From Octopus vulgaris (Eukaryota), in NCBI GenBank assembly GCA_951406725.2, contig OX597818.1:144274001-144338000 (forward strand): a DNA stretch of 64,000 nt. The letters are read 5' to 3'. Below are positions 1-10,611 of this stretch, piece by piece (position 1 is the stretch's first letter; each line of letters begins with the position of its first letter). The notes below the pieces were generated by a model that saw only the letters and a program-made list of their open reading frames with translations, was not told the DNA's origin and searched no databases. Made by a program: the position numbers and the translations under genes.

Positions 1-3000
1 CCCATACCTCCCACACCCTCAGGGTTGGCACCCTCAACGTTGGCACACTGAAAGGTAGGTCTGGCGAGATAGTCGAGATGCTTGAATGGAGATGTGTGGA
101 TATATGTTGCATGCAAGAAGTAAGGTGGAGAGGAGGGTCTGCTAGGTTCCTCACAGGCAAGAAACACAGGTACAAGATTTTCTGGGCAGGGAACACTGAC
201 GGGGTTGTGGTATGGGTATACTTATCGCTGAGAAATGGGTAGATAAAGTAATTGAGGTAATCAGAGTATGTGACAGAATACTTAAGATTAGATTAGTGCT
301 TCATCATAGTTTAGCAACCATTATATCGGCCTATGCTCCTCAGTCGGGGCTACCCGATGGACAGAAAGACCGATTCTATGACACTCTACTGCAGACTACC
401 TCGTTGACGAACAACAGAGACCTTCTCTTTGTGGCTGGTGACTTCAATGGTCACGTTGGACGACATGCTGGGGGCTTCCATGGCGTACATGGAGGCTATG
501 GCTATGGTTCCCGCAACGAGGAGGGAACCAGGCTGCTGGAGTTCTGCGATGCAAATAACCTTATGATTTGCAACACTAACTTCAGGAAACCTACCAGCCA
601 CCTAGTCACCTACCAATCGGGCCAACATACCAGCCAAATTGACTACATCCTTGCCAGAAAAAGGGAAAGATGGCTGCTTATAAATGCCAAAACCTTCCCA
701 GGCGAAGAATGTACCCCACAACATAGACTGGTAGTTAGTGACTTTAGGATCAGGACTAGGAGGACAACCAGAAGACGACCAACATGGAGAAGAAGGATCT
801 GGAAGCTTAAAGATCCTGCGAATGGACAGAGATTTAGGGACATGCTACTTGAAGCCTTTGACGAAGTAGAAGGGGATAGAGTATCACATGGGGTAGAAGA
901 AAACTGGACGTTTCTAAGGGACAACCTGCTGAAAGCCACTGACCAGATCTGTGGCTGGTGCAAAGTCCGCTCTCGTCCCAAGGTAATGTGGTGGTGGAAC
1001 AGGGTTGTAGACAGGGCTGTTAGAGAAAAGAGACAGACTTGGAAGGACTGGAAGAATGGTGGTAGCAGGGAATTGTATCAGACTGCCAAAAGGGAAGCTA
1101 GGAGACAGGTCTATCTAGCCAGAGGGGAAGCAGATAAGAAAAAATTTGCCAATGTTCTGCGCCGTGAGGACCAAAGACTGGAGGTGTTTCGCGTTGCAAG
1201 ACAGTGTGTGAGAGAGAATTGTGATGTGGTAGGAGAGAAGTGTGTTCGCATGGAAGATGGTTCACTTGCGCTAAATGAGGATGCAAAGAGAGAGGTTTGG
1301 AGATGCCACTATGAAAGGTTGCTGAATAAAGAAAATGAATGGGATAAAGAGAGTCTGCCGAATGTTGACCCAACAGAGGGACCAGCTATCCGAGTTGACA
1401 GTTCCTTGGTAGTTAAGGCAATTAGAAGCATGAAGACAGGTAAGTAGCTTGTTTACCAACCACATGATTCCGGGTTCAGTCCCAGGCCCATCAGGAATCA
1501 CTGCAGAGATGCTCAAAATATCTGGTAGTGTTGGCTATAGCCTAGTCACCCGTATAGTTAATCAGGTGATACACGAAGGAGTCATACCCAATGACTGGTG
1601 TAGCAGCATAATAGTCAACTGCTACAAAGGTAACGGTGACGCCCTAGATACAAATAATTACAGAGATATCAAGCTGTTGGATCAGGTAATGAAGGTTATG
1701 GAGAGGGTCATAGCCCAACTAATTAGAGAGAGAGTTAGTTTAGATGAGATGCAGTTTGGGTTCGTGCCAGGGAAAAGTACCACTGATTCTGTATTCCTGG
1801 TAAGGCAGCTGCAGGAGAAATACCTAGCCAAAGATAAGCCCCTGTACCTGGCTTTTGTTGACATGGAGAAAGACTTCGACAGGGTTCCCCGATCCCTTAT
1901 CTGGTGGTCAATGAGGAAACTAGGGATAGATGAATGGTTAGTGAGAGCTGTGCAAGCCATGTACAGGGACACTGCTAGTAAGGTGAGGGTTGGCAACGAG
2001 TACAGTGAAGAATTCCGGGTAGAGGTAGGGGTCCACCAAGGCTCAGTCCTCAGCCCCCTCCTATTTATCATAGTCCTCCAGGCAATAACAGAGGAATTCA
2101 AGAGAGGATGCCCTTGGGAGCTCCTCTATGCTGATGACCTTGCTCTAATTGCTGAGTCACTATCAGAACTGGAGGAGAAGTTTCAGGTGTGGAAGCAAGG
2201 ATTAGAATCGAAGGGCCTTAGAGTCAATCTAGCTAAACCCAAAGTCCTAATAAGTAGGAAGGTAGACAAGTCACAAACGCCTTCAGGTAGATGGCCCTGC
2301 TCGATCTGCAGAAAAGGTGTAGGTAGAAACTCTATAAGATGCACCAAGTGTAAGCTATGGACACATTAGAGGTGCAGCAATGTCAAAGGAAGGCTAACTA
2401 GGAAGATGGTTTGTGTATGTGGCAGATGCTCAGGAACAATAAACACTGAAAATGCTCTGAGACCAACTTCTGTCACTTTCCAGGGAGAAAAACTAGAAAT
2501 AGTTGATAGCTTCCGTTACCTATTTGACCAAGTCAGTAGCGGGGGGGGGGGTTTGAAAGTGTAACTGCTAGAGTAAGAATAGCTTGGGCAAAGTTCAGAG
2601 AGCTCTTACCTCTGCTGGTGACAAAAGGCCTCTCGCTCAGAGTAAAAGGCAGACTGTATGACGCGTGTGTACGAACAGCCATGCTACATGGCAGTAAAAC
2701 ATGGGTTGTGACTGCTGAGGATATGCGTAAGCTCACAAGAAATGAAGCCAGTATGCTCCGATGGATGTGTAATGTCAATATTCATACTCGACAGAGTGTA
2801 AGTACCTTGAGAGAAAAGCTGGACCTAAGAAGCATCAGATGTGGTGTGCCAGAGAGACGATTGTGCTGGTATGGACATGTGGCGAGAATGGATGAAGATA
2901 GTTGTGTGAAAAACTGCCACACCCTAGCGGTTGAGGGAACCTGTGGAAGAGGCAGACCCAGGAAAACCTGGGACAAGGTGGTGAAGCACGACCTTCAAAC

Positions 3001-3686
3001 TTTAGGTCTCACTGAGGAAATGACTAGAGACCAAGACCTCTGGAAGTATGCTATGCGTGAGAAGACCCGGCAGGACAAGTGAGACCATAACCCGTGGCCT
3101 TCTACATGGGATGTAGCCAGCCCACTTACGCATACCTTCCCTTCTTGGGACACAAAATTCTACTTGTGAAGACCTGTTGAGGCAAGTGAAAATCAGAATC
3201 GAAATCGATCATTGTAAATTACAGCTGAGCTACCAGTGCTGGCGGCATGTAAGAGAACCACCCGAACGTGGCCGTTGCCAGCAGCGCCCCGACTGGCCTC
3301 GTGCCGGTGGCACGTAAAAAGCACCATTCGTTCGTGGCCGTTGGCAGCGCCGCCCAGACTAGCCTTGTGCCGGTGGCACGTAAAAGGCACCATCCACTCG
3401 TGGCAGTTGCCAGCCACGCCTGGCCCCCGTGCCGGTGGCACATAAAAAGCACCATCCGATCGTGGCCATTTGCCACACTCGTCTGGCATCTGTGCCGGTG
3501 ACACGTAAAAAGCACCCACTACACTCATGGAGTGGTTGGCGTTAGGAAGGGCATCCAGCCGTAGAAACATTGCCAGATCAAACTGAGCCTGGTGCAGCCT
3601 TCTGGCTTCCCAGACCCCAGTTGAACCGTCCAACCCATGCCAGCATGGAAAGCGGACGTTAAACGATGATGATGATGATGATGATG
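1..3686 (+). mobile_element. RTE-clade non-LTR retrotransposon, copy 1 (5' end outside window), disabled
   Basis: APE endonuclease (TLNVGTL, GDFNGH, SQIDYIL) and RT (QGSVLSP, LLYADD) in one original ORF ending TGA 3082. Lesions: frameshift ~208, SINE-derived patch with stop 1441-1480, nonsense 2367-2369, frameshift in poly-G ~2541-2550. The 3' UTR has ~60-bp repeats and a (GAT)n tail at ~3665-3686. Confidence 0.93.
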
Positions 3687-3938
3687 ACATATACCATCTT
3701 TTACCTATTTCAGTCATCAGACTGTGGCTGTTAGAAATTTTAGTCGAATGAATTCCCCAGCACTTTTTCTTTTTTAAACCTGGTACTTATTCTATTATTC
3801 TATTTTGCTGAACTGCTAAGTTACAGGTAGAGGGGAACAAAACACAGACACAAATTCACACACATATATCTGCACCACATTTAAACAGTCAAACCTTCAT
3901 ACATGCACTTATATATTATGCATACTTATATATGCATA

Positions 3939-4342
3939 CTCTTTACTCTTTTACTTGTTTCAGTCATTTGACTGCGGCCATGCTGGAGCACCGCCTTTTT
4001 AATCGAGCAACTCGACCCCGGGACTTATTCTTTTGTAAGCCCAGTACTTATTCTATCAGTCTCTTTTGCTGAACTGCTAAGTAACGGGGACATAAACACA
4101 CCAGCATCGGTTGTCAAACAATGCTAGGGGGACATACACAGACACACAAACACACACACGCATATATATACATATATACGACGGGCTTCTTTCAGTTTCC
4201 GTCTACCAAATCCACTCACAAGGCTTTGGTCGGCCTGAGGCTATAGTAGAAGATACTTGCCCAAGGTGCCACGCAGTGGGACTGAACCCGGAATCATGTG
4301 GTTGGTAAACAAGCTACTTACCACACATCTACTCCTGCACCT
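3939..4342 (-). mobile_element. tRNA-derived SINE (octopus-type)
   Basis: Minus strand reads A-box-like TGTGTGGTAAG, B-box-like GGTTCAGTCCC, CCTTGGGCAAG core-like motif, internal (TA/CA)n and a short repeat tail. Homologous to 9137-9300, 42600-42815 and 44763-45118. Confidence 0.8.
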
Positions 4343-4449
4343 ATATATATTTATATATATATACACACATACATATATTTTTATACACACACGCACACAT
4401 ACACATGCATACACATACATATACATACACACACATATATACATACCAT

Positions 4450-5590
4450 CCATCAGAAAAGTCAGCAAATTGGGTCAATGGGTTCCTCACAAACTTTCTG
4501 AGTCTAATTGTGTGCAGAGAGTGAATGTGAGCTCAGGAATGAACCGCTTTTGTCCCAAATAGTGACTGATGACAAGAAATGGGTTCATCATCATCATCAT
4601 CATCATCGTTTAATGTCCATCTTCCATGCATGCATAGGCTACTGTGTCTGTCTAGGCACGGATTTTATGGCTGGATGCCCTTCCAAATGCCAACCACTCC
4701 AGACTGGACTCAGTGCCTTTTACATGACATTAGCACAGGCAAAGTTAGTTTTGGCATGATTTTTACAGCTGGATGCCCTTCCAAATGCCAACCATGTTAC
4801 AGTATGTACTGGATACTTTTAACATAGCACCAGCACTGGCAGGGTAACCAAGTAACTCACCAATCAAGGAACTATGAAAGGGGCCAGACATTTGAGGAGG
4901 GGAACTTGTGTCAGAGGATGAAAGGTTAGAGTGGGATAAAGGGACAGAGAGACAGAAGCAGGTGTCTTGCCACAACAGAGGGGGCATTAGAGGAGGTGAT
5001 CCAGTAACAAATGATGAAAGGTTAGAGTTTAACAGAAATAGAGAGGCAGAAATAGGTGTCTTGCTATAGAGGTATATGGTTATCCAGTGAGAGAGAGAGA
5101 GAATGAGGGGGTTACAAGAAAGAGACCAGAAACAAGTTTGCTGATGTAAAGGTGATACTTGGTTACCTGGTCAGAGGAAAAACAGTGGTCAAGAAAGGAG
5201 ATTGTAAAACAATCATGATTTATGAAGAGGAAATGTGAGGAAGAAAAAGATGAAGTTAGAAGAGGGGTTGTAGTTTGATTTCTTAGGGTCCAGTGGGTGA
5301 GACATAATTCTTCTAGCACTGAGTTTTGTGAACAAGTCTTCTCAAGGACTTCATATCGCCAAACATCTCAGTCCACTATCATTTCCTCTGTGAGCCTCAA
5401 CATCCTAAGATCAGTCCTCACCACTATGTCAAACACTGAAGACAGTGGGTAGGGAAAGGAGAAACACCAGCACCCCAGGCTGAAAAAAGTCTTCACCCGT
5501 GTAAGGTGTTATCTGTTTGGTGGAATATGAATGGTTTAGTCCACTTTGAACTTTTAAACCAAAACCACATGATAACAAAGGAGATCTGCT
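4450..5590 (+). mobile_element. Mariner transposase relic split by an older RTE-type insertion (~4585-5428, minus strand)
   Basis: LGQWVPHKLSE and IVTDDKKWV lie before the insert; LSVWWNMNGLVHFELL lies after it. The insert starts with a (CAT)n tail and ends in RTE ORF 3' sequence. Confidence 0.7.
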
Positions 5591-5591
5591 G

Positions 5592-5900
5592 TCTGACAGT
5601 CATGACTGGGTTCTCCTGCTTGTGTGGCATGGTGCAGAGTCCTGTTGCCAGACATAGGGTCTTCCAGCAGGTTGACCCAGGCATTACCTCCTCCAGGCAC
5701 TTGATGTAGGCCTCCATGTTGCACCTGAGGCCGGGTGGAAAGATGAATGGAGGCATAACGTCGCCGTCATTAGTGATAAAGCCAAACACCATGATGTTGA
5801 CTGAATGTTTAATTTTTATCCCTCTCAGTACATGTCCTCTACTTGGGATTGGAGGTTCCAGTGAATTCCAAGCAGTACAGCATGTCATTTCCAAATTTCT
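5592..5900 (-). mobile_element. Tc1/mariner-superfamily (maT/DD37D-like) transposase fragment
   Basis: KHSVNIMVFGFITNDGDVMPPFIF...YIKCLEEV, with QQDSAPCHTS in a shifted frame. Confidence 0.6.
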
Positions 5901-6041
5901 GGCAGAGTGAATTGCGTCATGGTGCTGTTTTTCTCACAGACAGTGCCCAACTGACCCTATTATACTGTGTAGTTGACAAAATAAAAAACAAACAATTTGC
6001 ATGCATGAAATTAAAAATATAAAATAGCAACAATTTACCCA

Positions 6042-6137
6042 GTGTGTGTGTGCGTGAGTGTGTGTGTGCGTGAGTGTGTGTGTGCGTGAGTGTGTGTGTG
6101 TGTGAGTGTGTGTGTGCGTGAGTGTGTGTGTGTGTGT
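6042..6137. repeat. Compound (GT)n/(GTGA) microsatellite
   Basis: Seen directly. Confidence 0.95.
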
Positions 6138-6801
6138 AAATATATCCCATCAACATAGTTCAAATGCTGCTGGCATTAAATTCGCAAATCACTCAGGATT
6201 AGGTCACTGTGAGATATGTCCCTACAAAATTTAAGTTCACATCATATAACATTGCAACACAACATTTTATTTGCCTTAACTGGTTCCTATCCAAAAACAA
6301 ATCAAAGACACTATAACATTAAAATGGTACCAAAACAGACTTAACCAGGAGGTGCTATTAACTTAAAATTAGACTGGGTTAATAATAACATCTTTTTTTT
6401 CTTCTTTTTTGAAGATTCTATCATTTTCAATTATTTTTTAATGACCAATAGAAATAAAAGTCATTGTTCTACTTAATGAATCTTTATGGAGCAACCGTAA
6501 GGATTTAAAATCTGAATTTTATATCATGTTCAACAGTAACAAGCCTTGTTATACCAACAACAAAACCCACCAACAAGTCAGTGGGGAAGTCTTGCTAGAT
6601 ATAGCAACCAATCTTCTTCCTCAGATTAGACTCTACTGTCTTAAAAAAAGAAACACTAGATAATGTAGTGCCTGATGAAATAGTTACCATGCCTTTTAAT
6701 CATAGGTCTAAACAATAACAACAATAAAACCACCAAATTAATCATGAAAGTGATTATTATATTATCATATATATATTATATTATCATATATATTATTCAT
6801 T

Positions 6802-7091
6802 GGGCACGTAAAAAGCACCATCCGATCGTGACTGTTGCCAGCCTTGCCTGGCACCTGTGCCGGTGGCACGTAAAAAGTACCATCCGATCGTGGCCGTTTG
6901 CCAGCCTCGTCTGGCACATAAAAAGCACCCACTACACTCACGGAGTGGCTGGCGTTAGGAAGGGCATCAAGCCGTAGAAACATTGCCAGATCAGACAGGG
7001 CCTGGTGTAGCCTTCTGGCTTCCCAGCCCCCAGTTGAACCGTCCAACCCATGCTAGCATGGAAAGCAGACGCTAAACGATGATGATGATGA
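6802..7091 (+). mobile_element. 5'-truncated RTE 3' end (UTR repeats and tail)
   Basis: Matches copy 1 ~3375-3686 (GGCACGTAAAAAGCACC repeats, GGCGTTAGGAAGGGCATC, (GAT)n). Confidence 0.85.
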
Positions 7092-9136
7092 TTGATGCTA
7101 AACACATCTACCTGTGTGTATCTCAGAATTAGAATAGGTAAACCACATCCTTGCATGTTGTATGAAGTAACTTCTTGGTAACAAAAAGAGTATTAGACTG
7201 TGAAGCATTCCTTCAGAAAACCAACCAATGCCAGCTTAGAAAGGTAAATATACAATAATCAAGATGGTGATGCTGATTGAAGCAAAGCATGACTTTAATG
7301 TACATAGGCCCCTTCATAGTTTCAAAATAGGGTTTTTAAGGGATCTCTTTCATTACTGTATTTATTTTGAGATGCTCTGTGTTTCTTTCAATTACTTTAA
7401 ATATAACAAAGAATTTAGTAAAATAACTCAGCTTTCATTTAGATGGTGTTAGGAACATAAATTGTGACTAAGGTTTGGTGGAAGATTTTAATTCAAAACT
7501 TTTGAAAACAAGACATTTGTACTCAGAGCCAGGGCCGGTTTCAGCCAGGTTGGTAATGAAAGGGTTAAAATCTTGCTCTCTGAGAAGGTAGGTAACCTAA
7601 TATCTTACCTTATTCTAATGGACACAAACTTATTTTGCAATCATGAAATCGCATGTTCAATTCTATGGTATAGCATCTTGGACAAGAGTCTTTTATCGTA
7701 ATTTCAGATTGACACCATCCTTGTGAAGCTGTAAAGACTGTGCATATATAATTCAAAGAGCCAGCCTTATTGTTTCACATCTATTGGGTCTGAGAATTAT
7801 GTCAAGGTATAAGAGTCAGTGGAATACTCAGCACCTTAAATATCAATTTAATGAAATTAACTTACTTGAACAAGTGAATGCTCATTAGCAACACCAGCAG
7901 GAGAGTTGTCCTTATCATACACCAGGATTTTAGAACACAAAACCATTTTGTGTCTCAACCTTTACATTTGTGGTAGGGTAGGAACTTCTTCAGTTGACCA
8001 AAGATCATAGGACTGAATAGGAGTTTTAGGGAACAGCTTGTCTCCATAAATATAAACGTCAGCTTGAGCCAATGAGGAGGCCACTACACAGCCATCCGAT
8101 CTTCTAGAAATAGCAGCCAAATCTCCTTTGAATTACATTCTGTTGTCTTAGAAAAGGAAAATATACTGGACAATGTATTCATGGATACACTACACCAGTG
8201 AAAAAAAAAGAAGGTATTTTCACAGCTGGAACATTTTTGAACATAGGTATGCACCAGCAAGACTGACCCGTGGCTAAACGGCAACAACAGATTCAGCGAG
8301 AAGAATAAATTTCACTTCAGCCAAATTGGACTTTCTGCTAAGTGAACCAACAATGGGCTGTGGTACTTATTCAATGTCTGTGAAATAAACAGAGGAGGTT
8401 TAGTCCAAGATGCTACTGAAGTGCTAAGCCAAGTATTTTACATTATTCTGTTTAAGAGTTTTTAGCCAATTGTTATGGCTGTGGTTAAGAAGCTTTTTCA
8501 CAATCTTATAGTCTCAGGCTCCATTCCACAGTACAACCTTAAGAAGTGTGTCTTCTATCAAAGCCTTGGGTTGGTCCAAGTCTTATGAGTAAAACTGGTT
8601 AGCACACAATAATGCCTGGAAAAATATTATGGCTACTGCTCTTCATCCTCTAAGTTATAATCTCTTTTAAGTATAAAACTGACATATATTTGAAACTGAA
8701 GACATATACAAGACATGCTGAAGAATAAATACCAGTTACAGGAATCAAATATATTTACACCTTACACTTTAATTAGCACCATAAAATGAAACCAAGATAT
8801 ACAATTTAAGAGATATGGTTAGGAAAAAAACAAACAATGAACACTCTAATAGTATCCTAAAATCAAACTTAATCTTAATCCTAATCCTTTAAACATGATG
8901 TTATGTATTCAATGCAGGGATTAGAATTATGGGCATATTTAGTTATGTTTCTCGTATTGATTTCTTCTGAGTAGTTGTGAAGTGAAGCTCTGTAAGTCTC
9001 TGTCATGTAATTCTGTAGGAGAACTAATTAGGAAGAGGGCCACAAGCGCAACTCCTTTTTGAAACAAAACTACAGACATGTTTGTTAACTTCTATGTTAA
9101 ACTTTGCTCTGTGTGTTTTTGTGTGTGTGTAAATAT

Positions 9137-9327
9137 AGGCAGAGGCGTTGTTGCATGGTAAGAAGTTTGCTTCCCAACCACATGAGTCTAGGTTTGGTCC
9201 TACGGTCTGGTACTTTGGACAAATGTCTTCTACTATAACCTTGGGCTGACCAAAGCCTTGTGGGTGGATTTGGTAGACAGAAACTGAAAGAAGCCTGCCA
9301 TGTGTGAGTGTGTGTGTGTGAGTGTGA

Positions 9328-9377
<50 letters not shown>
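9137..9377 (+). mobile_element. Diverged SINE head followed by (GT)n
   Basis: Homologous to the SINE at 3939-4342. Confidence 0.7.
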
Positions 9378-9380
<3 letters not shown>

Positions 9381-10325
9381 TGTTTCTACACCTCCCCCCC
9401 CCCCTATCACAATGCAGAATCATTAGAATATCAGTCAAAATGCAAGTGATATTTTGTTTCAGTCTTTTACATTCTAAGTTCCAGATCCTATCAATGTATA
9501 CTTTGCATCTTATCCCTTCCTGGGTCAATAGTGTATCAGTCAAGTACACCTACCTTTCTGATCTCTCGCACCTTTTTTACAAATAAGCACATCACTGAAA
9601 TCTCAAAGCTAAGAGATAACACATGATTAATTCAAAACATTGTGAATAAATAAACATTACATTTGAGAGAATAACCTGAATGTTAAAGGGTTAACATTCC
9701 TATGAAGCATCCTGGACTTTGTAACTGTGAAGTCTCAGGTCCATCCTACTGCATGGCAACTTGAGAAAGCATTTTCTTCCATAGCCTCAAGCTAATAATT
9801 GAGTGCAACTAAGTAGACAGAAACTGTATGGAAACCTTCCCAACATCCCCACCAATACATGCATTATTGGTCACTCCATATCCAACATTCAACATGGTCT
9901 CCCCCTTCAACCATACCCAATTTCGACAGCTGTCAACCACTCTTCCCTACTTAACACACCTCAGAACTTGTTCATCCCTTATATTCACCCTGTTAGCCAT
10001 TTCCAGACTTGAACCATCTCTCACTCTGCTGTATTCTTACAACCTCTGCCCAGCAACACTTTCTGTTCTGTCCCACACAATTCTACTCAACTAATATCTT
10101 GAACAACTGGTTGGTTATATGCCCCTACCAACGATATATTATTCAACTACATAAGATATAATCACTGAGTGATTAGAGAGTGCCTTTTTCCTGACTTACA
10201 AACAACTGACTGATATACATATATGTGTGTATATATATGTATATGTGTGTGTGTACAAGAATTTTTTGCATTATGAGATAAAAAAACCAAGGCTGTGTAG
10301 ATATTAGAACATTTATAGATAGAAG

Positions 10326-10377
10326 GTCTTACAGCTGTTTCCAGGATATTTATTAATTATATTCCTCCATCGGAGAT
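10326..10377 (-). ncRNA. Degenerate minimal hammerhead ribozyme motif in a Penelope-like repeat relic (~10255-10545)
   Basis: Minus strand: atct-CCGAUGG-a-ggaatat/loop/atatcct-g-GAAAC-agct-GUA-agac, with a palindromic helix III (ACAGCTGT). Paralog at 24077-24124. Confidence 0.6.
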
Positions 10378-10611
10378 GGCGTGAGAGGATGGTTAAGTAA
10401 TAGCTAATTTAGATAGGATACAAAATAGAGAGTGAGGTAGAGGAAAGAAAATAGATGTGAGATATGTAGGGATATTGAATTCGTAGATCCATTTTTTAGG
10501 CAGAATGGTATAAATGTAAGATTCCAATACCTTATGAGTAAGATCCAACACATATATATACATATATGTATATACACACACATATATATATATACATATA
10601 TGTATATACAT

